Positions 18,069-26,984 of a DNA stretch of 47,559 nucleotides are shown here, one piece after another (positions within the stretch are counted from its first letter, which is position 1; each line of letters opens with the position of its first letter). The notes below the pieces were generated by a model. It saw only the letters and a program-made list of their open reading frames with translations, searched no databases and was not told the DNA's origin. The translations under genes and the position numbers were made by a program. Source of the stretch: Gemmatimonadales bacterium (GTDB lineage Bacteria > Gemmatimonadota > Gemmatimonadetes > Gemmatimonadales > GWC2-71-9); assembly GCA_035259785.1 (NCBI GenBank), contig DATFVZ010000181.1, positions 1 to 47,559 on the forward strand. The letters run 5' to 3'.

Positions 18069-21000
18069 TCAATCGGCGCCACTCATCGCGGCGGCCTCCG
18101 ATAGCCCCTCAGGCCCTGCCAAGTCCATGTCGGGTGCAGCAGCGACGCCGGCGGCGACGTACAGAGTCGGAAGAACGAACAGGTTCACGAGTGTCGACGT
18201 GACCAGGCCGCCCACCAGGACCACCGCCATGGGATGGACGATTTCCAGACCGTTCCTGTCTCCCAAGAACCAGGCAGGCAGGAGGGCCGCAGCGGCGGCG
18301 AACGCTGTCATGAGAATCGGCACGAATCGTTCGCCGGCGCCCTGCATAGCCAAGGCCGAACCGAACGCAGCACCGTCCCGCAGCTGCAGATCTCGATATC
18401 GTTTCATCAGCAGGATGGCGTTGCGTGCCGCGATCCCGAATAGTGCGAGGAAGCCGACGAGCGAGCCGAGCGAAATGACGCGGCCCGCGCCCAGCGCCGC
18501 GATCAAACCACCCGCGAGCGTGGCAATCAGGGTCACGTAGGCGAGCCCCGCCAGACGCCAACTCCCCAAGGCGGCCTGCAGCAGCAGGAGAATCCCAAGC
18601 AATACGCCCACCGAGAGGGCGAGCATGCGCTGCTCTGCGGCGTGTCGGTCGGCGTACGCGCCGAGCACTTCGGCGTGATACTCGAGGGGCATCGGGACTT
18701 GCAGGAGACGACTCTCGATGTCCGCCGCGACCGCACTGATTTCGCGCCCCCGAACGCCGGCGAGCACATCCACGTACCGCTTGACGGCTTCGTGACGGAT
18801 GACATTGGGGCTCGACACGACACGGACATGCGCCACGTCGCCAAGCCGTACGCGTGTTCCGCTGGGCGTGTCGATCAGTAGGTCGTTAACACTGCGGAGG
18901 CTGTGGCGAGTCGCCGGCATGCCCCACACGACCACGTCGAACACCTTTTGCTCTTCGAACAGGTTCCCGACCTGCAGGCCGGAAAACATCGTGGCCGCGG
19001 CGCGCCGGACGTCCCCCGGCTTGATACCGTAGCGCTGGGCCGCGGACATATTCACTTCAATTTCCATGGTCGGCTGTTGAACCGGGGAATTGATGCGCGC
19101 CCCGGCAACTCCCTGAATGCCGGCGATGGCCGTCTTGACATCCGCGGCCGCGCGAGCGAGCAGCTGGTCGGCGTCGCCATACACTCGGACGACGATCGAG
19201 TCGTTCGATCGGCCAAGCAGCACGTCTCGGCGCTCGCCCAGATAGGTCCGCACATGCGGATGCAGTCCCGGATAGCCCTGCACCACGTTCCGAATGTCCG
19301 CCACGGTCCGGTCATAGTCGGCCGAACGGGCGATGCTCACCCACACCTCGGCGGAATTGACATCGACCACTTGGTCCCCGAAAATGGCGCGCCCGACGTG
19401 AGCGCCGACGTCGGTCACTCCAGGAATGGATCGCAGCTCATGACTGACCCGGCTCGAGATGCGACTCATCTCCGGTTGCGAGGTGCCGGGTACACTGCTC
19501 AACTGAATCACGAGGTCCCGCTCCGCAAACTTCAGCTGAGCAGACCGCCGCAGGATCGGCAACGTGGCGACGCCCGCGACTAGGAGAACGGCTAGCGTGA
19601 GCAGCGCCATGCCCGGTCGCGCGATCATGCGTGTCAGCCCACGCTCATATGCCTGGCGGAGCCGCAGCACCGGGGGGGCCGCACGGTCGGCCGACGCACG
19701 AGCAATTAGAATCAGGCACAGTGCGGGAGTGACCGTCAGCGCTACTATCATCGAGGCGAGCACGGCCAGTCCGTAGGAGACCGCCAGCGGCTCCCAGAAC
19801 GCTCCGGGGAGCCCTCCGAGCACAAACATCGGCGCTACCGCGAGCAGCAGGATCAGCGTGGCGAACACGGTGGCGCTTCGCAGCTCGGCCACTGCACCGA
19901 GAATGACCGTCAGCGCTGACGGGGCGCTGCCCCCGCCGCCCTGACGTGACTGCCGGAGCCGACGCCCGATGGTGTCGACGTGAGTGATCGCGTCATCCAC
20001 GACGACCCCGATCGCCATGAAGAACCCGGCCACGATCATCACGTTCACCGTGACCCCGCGCAGCGCCAGCACCAGCCCGCCAACCACCATGGACAACGCG
20101 ATCGCCGTCGTGCCGATCACGACGGAGCGCCAGTCGAAAAAGAAGAAGGCGAGAACCAGAACCACGAGACCGAACCCAACCAGCGCGGCCCAACCGACGT
20201 TGCTGATCGACGTTTCGACAAAGGCCGCCGGTTGAAAGAGGGTCGAGCTCATCTCGAGGCCGGACAGACCCGGACGGAGCTCCGTGAGCGCTTGATTGAC
20301 CCCGCGGGTAACGTCGCGGAGGTTCGTTCCCGGGAATCGGTCGACGACCAGGAGGAGGCTGGATTGATCGCCGGTGAGTGCGTCGCCAATGAGTGGCTGA
20401 TGCCCTTCCACCACATCGGCCACGTCACCCAGGCGCACGCCGGTGGCCGCGATTGGTACCTGCGCCAGACCCTCCGGTGACACGATCGGAAGGATGTGAC
20501 GGATTCCGAGTCGCTGATTGGCATTATCGATGAACCCGCCGGTGCCGGGAGTGGACGCCTCGACGAAACTCAGCGACGACACCCACAGCGCGTTCCCGGT
20601 GGTTTCGAGGACCTGGAGCAAGGACACGCCCCGGTTGCGCAGCCGCTCGGGGTCCGCGAGGACCTGCAGCTGCCGATCGCGCTGCCCCCAGATCGCCACA
20701 TTGGCGACCCCGGGGACACCCAGCAAACGGGGAGCGATCGTCCAGCGGGCGAGCACGGACATCTGGATCAGGGACAAGTCCTTCGACGAGAGCCCGATGA
20801 GCATGATCCGGCTCGTCGACGACATGGGCTGGAGCATGGTGGGCGGCTTCGACACGTGAGGCAACGCGAACGCCTGCGTGAGGCGCTCCGATACCATCTG
20901 GCGTGCCCGCATGAGGTCGGTCCCCGGCTTGAACACCAGGAGGATTGACGACAGTCCCGTAAGTGACTCGGAGCCGATCGTGTGGAGCCAGGGCACGCCG

Positions 21001-21224
21001 TTCAACAGGTCCTGTTCCAGCGGCACGGTGATCAACTGTTCCACTTCCTGCGCGGAGAGCCCGAGGGCTTCGGTCTGGATCTCGACGAGCGGCGGAGAAA
21101 ACTCGGGCAGGACGTCCACCGGAATGGTGCGCAACTGCCGAACGCCGAGTCCGATCAACGCGGCGGCGACCACGACCACTGGGACGCGAAACTTCAGGCT
21201 CCACGTAACGAGCGAACGCATCAT
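18069..21224 (-). CDS. RND efflux permease, type II subunit of module B (RND-4)
   Basis: 1051 aa, MMRSLVTWSLKFRVPVV, with SD GGGAGGAAG. It is the closest paralogue of RND-2 (shared GVPWL, RDRQLQV, VEGH.PLIGDA). TM4 reads [18 protein letters not shown] (ENI replaced by DTI) and TM10 reads GIAARNAILLMKR. Confidence 0.9.
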   Translation of the reverse strand: MMRSLVTWSLKFRVPVVVVAAALIGLGVRQLRTIPVDVLPEFSPPLVEIQTEALGLSAQEVEQLITVPLEQDLLNGVPWLHTIGSESLTGLSSILLVFKPGTDLMRARQMVSERLTQAFALPHVSKPPTMLQPMSSTSRIMLIGLSSKDLSLIQMSVLARWTIAPRLLGVPGVANVAIWGQRDRQLQVLADPERLRNRGVSLLQVLETTGNALWVSSLSFVEASTPGTGGFIDNANQRLGIRHILPIVSPEGLAQVPIAATGVRLGDVADVVEGHQPLIGDALTGDQSSLLLVVDRFPGTNLRDVTRGVNQALTELRPGLSGLEMSSTLFQPAAFVETSISNVGWAALVGFGLVVLVLAFFFFDWRSVVIGTTAIALSMVVGGLVLALRGVTVNVMIVAGFFMAIGVVVDDAITHVDTIGRRLRQSRQGGGGSAPSALTVILGAVAELRSATVFATLILLLAVAPMFVLGGLPGAFWEPLAVSYGLAVLASMIVALTVTPALCLILIARASADRAAPPVLRLRQAYERGLTRMIARPGMALLTLAVLLVAGVATLPILRRSAQLKFAERDLVIQLSSVPGTSQPEMSRISSRVSHELRSIPGVTDVGAHVGRAIFGDQVVDVNSAEVWVSIARSADYDRTVADIRNVVQGYPGLHPHVRTYLGERRDVLLGRSNDSIVVRVYGDADQLLARAAADVKTAIAGIQGVAGARINSPVQQPTMEIEVNMSAAQRYGIKPGDVRRAAATMFSGLQVGNLFEEQKVFDVVVWGMPATRHSLRSVNDLLIDTPSGTRVRLGDVAHVRVVSSPNVIRHEAVKRYVDVLAGVRGREISAVAADIESRLLQVPMPLEYHAEVLGAYADRHAAEQRMLALSVGVLLGILLLLQAALGSWRLAGLAYVTLIATLAGGLIAALGAGRVISLGSLVGFLALFGIAARNAILLMKRYRDLQLRDGAAFGSALAMQGAGERFVPILMTAFAAAAALLPAWFLGDRNGLEIVHPMAVVLVGGLVTSTLVNLFVLPTLYVAAGVAAAPDMDLAGPEGLSEAAAMSGAD

Positions 21225-21249
21225 CGCTGGCTTCCTCCCACTGCTGCTG

Positions 21250-22158
21250 TCATGGGTTCGACGCCCGCGCCGCGGGCGGGGTATTCGCGTAGACCGCTTT
21301 ACTGCGGCGATAGCCGCTTTGCTCCAGCTTCAGCGCCTGCACCCGCACGTCGGCCAGCGCCGTGGCGTCGAGCTTCTCGATGCGGGTCAACTCCAGAACC
21401 TCCTGGGTTTTCTCACCTGCCCCTGTCCAACCGACCCGCACATTGCCGACGTCGCGCGCGTAGTACTTGAGCTGCTGTGCGTCCGGCTCCCCCGCGCTGG
21501 TCTCTGCGATGACCAGCACGTCGTCGTAGCAGCCGGCCTTGACGCAGGTCTTCTGGCTCACCTGGTGCACCTGGCCCCGATCCGTCCAGTCGACGGCCGG
21601 CCCCCAACCTTCCGCATAACTCGGCGTGCCCATCTGCGGCGCGGCCAGCATCATGGTGCCGGCTAAGGCGCCTTCGAACCCGTGAATCCAGGGCCGGGCA
21701 GCGACGAACTTCCCGTCCTCGTATTCCTCGGTGTATTCACCCAAGTACCAGACCGCGCCGGTGCTGTCCTGCGCGTACAAGGCGAGCTCCGCCTCCACCA
21801 GCTCGTTGTTGATGTAGTCCAGATCCCAGGTGACGAGTGCGCGAACGCCCGCGATTTCCTTCGTCAGATCGGTCACGTTGACGACGATGCGATGGGGAGA
21901 GGTCGTGCCATCGTCCTCCACGCTCGTTCCCTCATAGACGAAGCGCGTCCCGGGCTTGAGCGGCATCCAGGGATTGTCGATCACGCTTGGACGGACGAAC
22001 CTCTTTGCGTCAAAGGTCTCGGGCGGCGGCGCGCTGCTTGGGGGATCAGCGCGGCGCTCTTGCGCTCCGCTGCAGCGGACCACCAGCATCGCGCACCCGA
22101 GAACTCCGATGAAAGACGCCAGCGCGGACCGTCCCGTCGACCTAGAGGCGATAGGCAT
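21250..22158 (-). CDS. Secreted or membrane-anchored hypothetical protein
   Basis: 302 aa with an N-terminal hydrophobic segment (ALASFIGVLGCAMLVV). ATG at 22156-22158 overlaps the upstream stop by 17 nt. No family recognised (NPWMPLKPGTRFVYEG...). Confidence 0.55.
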   Translation of the reverse strand: MPIASRSTGRSALASFIGVLGCAMLVVRCSGAQERRADPPSSAPPPETFDAKRFVRPSVIDNPWMPLKPGTRFVYEGTSVEDDGTTSPHRIVVNVTDLTKEIAGVRALVTWDLDYINNELVEAELALYAQDSTGAVWYLGEYTEEYEDGKFVAARPWIHGFEGALAGTMMLAAPQMGTPSYAEGWGPAVDWTDRGQVHQVSQKTCVKAGCYDDVLVIAETSAGEPDAQQLKYYARDVGNVRVGWTGAGEKTQEVLELTRIEKLDATALADVRVQALKLEQSGYRRSKAVYANTPPAARASNP

Positions 22159-24418
22159 ATTGGGCCTTTACGAGCAGCTGGTTGGATTGAAATGCGAAGC
22201 GATTATCGAGCTGTCGCAGCTGGTTGTGATTGTAGACGACGAACAACTCACCCAGGGGGTTGAAGGTCCAGCGCAGCCGGGTGTTGGTGCCGAAGTTGCG
22301 GCTTTCGTTGTCGTATTGCAGGAAGCTGGCGAGCTGCAAGTCTGGGGAGACGTTGACTTGTATGCGGGTGCTGTACAGCGACTGGATGAATTCGCCGCCG
22401 GACAGCCGGCCGCTGTTGCGCTCCGCGCCGAGCTCTGCGATGAAATAGGCTGATGGCTTGACCCGGAATGTGAATGCGCTGCTGTTCAGGTAGCCGTCGT
22501 AGAAGGTGCCCAGCGAGTACGAGGCCTCGCCGCTGATCCTGCGCTTCTCGGCGAATGCGGCCTGGAAATTGTAGCGGGTCCAGTCGTAACTGCCCGCGGT
22601 AATGGTTACCGTCTGCGTTTCTGAGCTGAAGACGTCAAAGTCTTCCGCCGGCCGATCACCCGTGGGCTCGACGGTGAACTCGAACCGATCCCCGCTTTCC
22701 AACTGCCAATCGAACGGCTTGGCGCTCACCAGATAGCTCTCCCAGGTGCCGCTCAGGTCGGTGACCAAGAGCGGATTGAGCTCGAAGAACATCTGGCGCA
22801 CCAACCCCCAATTGGGCCGTGGCTTGAACGCCAGCTCCATCTGCATTTCCTGAACGCCGGTGCGCGGGACGAACGAGAGGGAGGGCTGGAAGCGCTCGCC
22901 GATATGTCTGTACTGCAGCGAGGCATCCCACAGGTCGTTGGGGTAATCGATCATGCCACCGTACGCGTCATCACGCCCCAGGTCGTCACGGTGGTTCCAC
23001 AGCCCCCACACGCCGACCAGCAAATTCTTTTCGCCTTGGAATTCCGACGTCTGGTAGGTGAAGTCCACACCACCCATCCGGCTGCCCGGCCGCGAGAGCG
23101 GATCGCCGGCCGTCCCAATGAACCCCACCGAGGATTCGGACAGGACGTTCTGCTTGACGCGCACGACTCCCATCGTCGCGTCCGTCGGCAAGTCACTGAC
23201 GGTATTCGTGCGCACCGCAAGAGCGCCGACATTGGTATTCCCCACGCGGCCGTTCATCTTGCCGCCCGCGATGATGGGGACCTCCACCTGTCCCTCTTCT
23301 TCCCCCAGCAGTCCGATGCGGCGACTGAAAAAGGCGACGAGATCCTCTCCCGTGCCGAGACCGAACTCGAAAATGTCCGCGCCTTCGAGAAAGAACGTGC
23401 GCTTTTCCGGGAACAGGAGATCGAAGCGCGTCAAATTCGTCTGGCGCGCGTCGACTTCGGTTTCAGCAAAATCCGTGTTGACGGTCAGTGAGCCCAACAG
23501 ATTGGGACCGAATCGCTTGTTCGCATCCAGGCTGACTTCGGTCTTGTAGGTCCGGTCCGCGGTCGGTTCGGGCCGATCGGCGTTGCCAACGATCGCCGGC
23601 CGAATACTCAGACCGAGCCCGAGATCGAAGTTCGGGAGGTCCGTAATCAACCCGGCGTGACTGGTCTGATAGATCTCGTAGTCGCGGTTCGCGCCCGCCC
23701 AGCGACTGGTCTCCTGGAGGCGCTGAACCCGGCGCTGCAGGTTGAACCCCCAGCTGGTGAGACCCTTCTTGAAGCTGAGACTCTTGATGGGGATGCGAAT
23801 TTCGACGCTCCAACCCGTACTGTCACGCGACGTTTTGGCTTCCCACACCGCATCCCACTGGCTGTTGACCTCTTCTCCACCCGCGGACACCAGGCCGTCG
23901 AACCGCGCCCCGTTGGCATTGACGGCGAACACGTACCCGCTGCGACCGTCCTGGAATGGATCCAGCACGATCATCACGTGATCTTCGAATTCGAGCTCAG
24001 AGTCACGCGCCTTGGAAAAGGCAACGATGCCTGCCGGGTTTGAGTCCCGGCACACCACGCCGATGACGAGCTCGCTCGCATCGGTCAGGACCTTCACGGT
24101 CGTTTGCCCCGCGGGAACGCCGCCCTCTTCCGGCTCGATCATCGTGAGGTTCGCGATGGAGTCGGCAGTGCTCCACACGGGCTCGGCCAGCTTGCCATCG
24201 AGTGAGAGCTCGGTCGCCAAGGCACTCGCGTGCAGCGAGAATGCTGGGTAGGAATGCGCGGGTTCGTCATTTCTGCGACGCGAGCGACGGAAAGTGCTGG
24301 AAGCAAATGCGGCGGGTGAAGCCGCTGCTTTGGCAGGCCCGTCCTGCGCTTTCGCGCATGGGACGAGCCCTGCGAAACACGCAGCGACCGCTGGGGCGAG
24401 AGTGAGCCGACCGAACAC
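22142..24418 (-). CDS. Outer-membrane protein with an N-terminal CBM9-like (DOMON-like) domain and a large beta-barrel (DUF5916-type)
   Basis: 758 aa with GTG start, GAGGAAG upstream and a signal peptide. The N-terminal LDGKLAEPVWSTADSI...VMIVLDPFQDGRSGYVFAVNANG...WDAVWEAKTSRDSTGWSVEIRIPIKSL matches my memory of the carbohydrate-binding-family-9 / DUF5916 architecture. The remainder is beta-strand-rich and ends ...LLVKAQYAYRL. Confidence 0.75.
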   Translation of the reverse strand: MFGRLTLAPAVAACFAGLVPCAKAQDGPAKAAASPAAFASSTFRRSRRRNDEPAHSYPAFSLHASALATELSLDGKLAEPVWSTADSIANLTMIEPEEGGVPAGQTTVKVLTDASELVIGVVCRDSNPAGIVAFSKARDSELEFEDHVMIVLDPFQDGRSGYVFAVNANGARFDGLVSAGGEEVNSQWDAVWEAKTSRDSTGWSVEIRIPIKSLSFKKGLTSWGFNLQRRVQRLQETSRWAGANRDYEIYQTSHAGLITDLPNFDLGLGLSIRPAIVGNADRPEPTADRTYKTEVSLDANKRFGPNLLGSLTVNTDFAETEVDARQTNLTRFDLLFPEKRTFFLEGADIFEFGLGTGEDLVAFFSRRIGLLGEEEGQVEVPIIAGGKMNGRVGNTNVGALAVRTNTVSDLPTDATMGVVRVKQNVLSESSVGFIGTAGDPLSRPGSRMGGVDFTYQTSEFQGEKNLLVGVWGLWNHRDDLGRDDAYGGMIDYPNDLWDASLQYRHIGERFQPSLSFVPRTGVQEMQMELAFKPRPNWGLVRQMFFELNPLLVTDLSGTWESYLVSAKPFDWQLESGDRFEFTVEPTGDRPAEDFDVFSSETQTVTITAGSYDWTRYNFQAAFAEKRRISGEASYSLGTFYDGYLNSSAFTFRVKPSAYFIAELGAERNSGRLSGGEFIQSLYSTRIQVNVSPDLQLASFLQYDNESRNFGTNTRLRWTFNPLGELFVVYNHNQLRQLDNRFAFQSNQLLVKAQYAYRL

Positions 24419-24523
24419 GATGATCGCTTCCTCTACTTCTACTCTGTTGGAGTGGGCGCTACTCCGACACGTGGCGGCATCCTGAGCAAGTTCTGAGCCT
24501 TATCCCAGCCATCCGGACGATGG

Positions 24524-24675
24524 GGTTGGTCGAGCGGTCTAGTCCCTTGGGAGGCAAGGGATTCCCTAGGAGTGATTACCGTGGAACGGTAACCGTGTTC
24601 CATACGGTCGGTTAGCCCCGACGCAGGAGTCGTAGTGCTAAGGTTGCATCGTTCAGGCCATCAGACGACCTAACC
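24524..24675 (-). promoter_or_regulatory. Candidate structured RNA / leader element (three hairpins closed by a 9-bp stem), class unknown, strand not resolved
   Basis: Closing stem 24524-24532 GGTTGGTCG pairs with 24666-24675 CGACCTAACC (one bulge). Hairpins lie at 24539-24569 (7-bp TCCCTTG/CAAGGGA plus CTAG/CTAG), 24578-24608 (ACCGTGGAAC / GTTCC-AT-ACGGT) and 24612-24641 (TTAGC/GCTAA with inner CGAC/GTCG). It sits in a low-GC intergenic region 106 nt upstream of the first gene of the big cluster. Confidence 0.3.
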
Positions 24676-24805
24676 TCACATCATTCAATTGCTTGCACAT
24701 GTTGCGTGGCCGATATCACAATGTCAGCAATTGCGTACACGAAAATCCACCGAAACCGCGAGAGAAGAAGGAAGACGAAGAAAAAGGGATTCAGAGGGGA
24801 GCGCT

Positions 24806-24825
24806 GACAGGGTGAAACCCCCGTC
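24806..24825 (-). terminator. Weak hairpin downstream of the 197-aa membrane protein gene
   Basis: GACAGGGTGAAACCCCCGTC forms a 7-bp stem (one G-U on the minus-strand RNA). A pyrimidine/T-rich stretch follows only ~20 nt later, so this is a weak call. Confidence 0.25.
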
Positions 24826-24881
24826 ACGCAATCTTCACGGCATCCAACTCATATATAGAGGAAGCAAGAAGGAAACATCCG

Positions 24882-25475
24882 TCAGCAGGAAGCAGTCCGA
24901 GCGCCTCCCGGAACGAGCTCACGGTGACGTCCAATACCACTGGCGAATACCACAGCGAGCACGCTCAACCCGCTGACCGCCACGGGATACCACACCTGGG
25001 CAATCCAGGGGACTGGAATAAGGAAGAGGATGTCGTCAGTGAGCAGCGATGGGGGCCAGTCTATGGTCGCCCACAACCCTGCGTAATAGCTGAGGTCCCA
25101 GAGGGCGAACACGTAGAGGAACAGGGCCCAGCGTTCGGTGGCGCGGCGCGCACTGAGGAACGCGACGGCGACGAGCATCGCGATGGTCGCGGCTTCGCGC
25201 CCGACTTCAATCGCGAGCAAGTTTGACGGGATGTCATGGACGGACACCGGCACTGTCGCAGCGCCGGGCGCGGGGACGAGCCCGATGGCGCCGCGCAAGT
25301 AGACCACCACAACGGCTTCGACGAACCCGAACGCGATGCCCAGCACGGCGGCTAGCGCCAGGGTTGAGCGCTCGATCGCCAGTCCGGTCCGGCGCCAGAA
25401 GAAGAACGATGCGAGCGGCACGAGGATCAGGAGGTTGACCCACCAGGGACTTGCGAACACGCGAAATCCGTTCAT
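24882..25475 (-). CDS. Integral membrane protein (about 5-6 TM helices), unknown function
   Basis: 197-aa ORF with repeated hydrophobic helices (WWVNLLILVPLASFFFW, ALAAVLGIAFGFVEAVVVVYL, ...). High GC3. No family recognised. Confidence 0.6.
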   Translation of the reverse strand: MNGFRVFASPWWVNLLILVPLASFFFWRRTGLAIERSTLALAAVLGIAFGFVEAVVVVYLRGAIGLVPAPGAATVPVSVHDIPSNLLAIEVGREAATIAMLVAVAFLSARRATERWALFLYVFALWDLSYYAGLWATIDWPPSLLTDDILFLIPVPWIAQVWYPVAVSGLSVLAVVFASGIGRHRELVPGGARTASC

Positions 25476-25508
25476 AGACCAGATTCAGGCGATCGGTAGC
25501 GTTGCCGC

Positions 25509-26984
25509 TCACTGCGCAACGCGAACCTCGACCGTCGCGCTGTTATTGCCGGGAACCGGGTCGGGATGAGCCTCGCCCACGGTTACGCGATGAGTCAGCG
25601 GCCCTGCCGCTGTCGGCTTCACAATGAACTGCAGGGTCCACGTCGCACGCGACTCCAGCCGATCCACAGTGCAGGAGAAGTACTCGCTCTCCACGTAGCA
25701 GCCGTAGGGGATGCGCGGCTCGGTCACCGGCGTGAAGTTGCTGAAGCTCGCCGCGGGGGACAGCCGAACATCGAGCCCGATCTGCGTCGCGGCGGATGGC
25801 CCGTTATTGCTCAGATTCACGGTATACGTGAGATCATGTCCTACCTGCACCGGGTTGGGCGAGGCCGACATAGTTACCGCGACGTCGCTCGGCGCGAGCG
25901 TCAGAGTCCGGGTCCCGCGGGGCAGGGGGGTGTTCATGACAGTGCGGATCACCGCCGGCGAAACCGCCCGGCTCACGTACCGGCGCGGCTCGCCGCTCCC
26001 GTCCGCCGGCACGATCCAGACGTCGGCCAGGACACCGTAGAGGACAAACCGGTCATCCAGCCACTCGATCTGATCGTCGATGCTTCGATCCTCGGCGAGC
26101 GGCGTCTCGACCATCGTGCGCAGGTCGAGAACATGGAACCGCCAGGTTACCGGCCCGAGGCCACCGTTCATACGCTTCTTGAACGCCACGCGCGTGCCGT
26201 CAGGCGACAACGATGGGCACTCCACGTTGGGTCGGAGCATCTTCAGCTGCCGCGCGCGAAGATCTCCCTCGACGAGGTGTGTCTGCCCCTTGGTCTTCAA
26301 CGTGGCGTAAAACCGGTTCCCATCCGCAGCGAACGTGACTCCCCAGAAGTTGAAGTCAACGGCTTTGAATGGACGCCCGTCGCGCAACACCGTGAACTCC
26401 TCCAAAGTCCCCAGTTTCTTTCCTTTGGCGAGATCGAAAATCGTGGTTTCGGTCGAGAAGTCGTTGCCTGCATAGGAGTGACCGGCCACGAATACGGTGG
26501 TAGCGCCGTAGCGGCCGTCCGGCGAGACGCGTGCACGACTCGGCATACCCGACAACGCCAGTTTGTGAGTGACCTGGAAATCCGATCCGAAGACCGACAC
26601 CTCATAGGACATACCAAAGCCAGGCTCGTCGGCGAGGCATAACCCGTGGCCGCCCGAGAAGTGCAGCCGGCGGCATCGTAAGGGCACGATGGCTCGGGAG
26701 CCGGCGGGGGCGGTGACAGGAACCAGCGCTGTCTTCGCCCAGTTATCGCCGGTGATTTCGTTGCGGAACAGTAGAGTGGGTGACTTATCGATAAGCGCAC
26801 GCGCGACGGCGCTGTCCTCACTCGTTACTGCTTCAGGCACGCCAGCTGCGGATGCGCGGCCGCTCTCCGATCGTGTGCGTTGCACCGCCCGCGCACCGTA
26901 ACCCACAGCGACGACGAGGCACACAGTCACGAGGACGGCAAACGCCACCCGGCGGCTGTTAAGACGTAGCGGTTCGACCATCAC
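25509..26984 (-). CDS. Membrane-anchored TolB-like beta-propeller protein with C-terminal DUF11-type repeat domain
   Basis: 491 aa with N-terminal TM anchor (VAFAVLVTVCLVVAVGY). PD40/WD40-like motifs are present (SPDGRYGATT, SPDGTRVAFKK). The C-terminal DLTYTVNLSNNGPSAATQIGLDVRL...PGNNSATVEVRV is typical of the DUF11 conserved repeat. Confidence 0.7.
   Translation of the reverse strand: MMVEPLRLNSRRVAFAVLVTVCLVVAVGYGARAVQRTRSESGRASAAGVPEAVTSEDSAVARALIDKSPTLLFRNEITGDNWAKTALVPVTAPAGSRAIVPLRCRRLHFSGGHGLCLADEPGFGMSYEVSVFGSDFQVTHKLALSGMPSRARVSPDGRYGATTVFVAGHSYAGNDFSTETTIFDLAKGKKLGTLEEFTVLRDGRPFKAVDFNFWGVTFAADGNRFYATLKTKGQTHLVEGDLRARQLKMLRPNVECPSLSPDGTRVAFKKRMNGGLGPVTWRFHVLDLRTMVETPLAEDRSIDDQIEWLDDRFVLYGVLADVWIVPADGSGEPRRYVSRAVSPAVIRTVMNTPLPRGTRTLTLAPSDVAVTMSASPNPVQVGHDLTYTVNLSNNGPSAATQIGLDVRLSPAASFSNFTPVTEPRIPYGCYVESEYFSCTVDRLESRATWTLQFIVKPTAAGPLTHRVTVGEAHPDPVPGNNSATVEVRVAQ

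Noticed and set aside
1523-21224. Interpreting the four clustered RND genes as CzcA/CusA-type heavy-metal pumps because a cus/cop locus is nearby
   Set aside because: Their TM4/TM10 residues (DD ... ARN) resemble the AcrB-type relay rather than the CusA pattern seen in the genuine cusA at 42620..45724. No metal-ligand-rich accessory proteins accompany them, so the substrate is left open.
24522-24570. tRNA-like start (GGTTGGTCGAGCGGTCTAG resembles the acceptor and D-arm of class II tRNAs)
   Set aside because: There is no T-arm (GGTTCGAATCC-like) and no proper 7-nt anticodon loop with U33, and the pairing partner of the 5' end lies 140 nt away. It is not a tRNA, tmRNA or tRNA-Sec.
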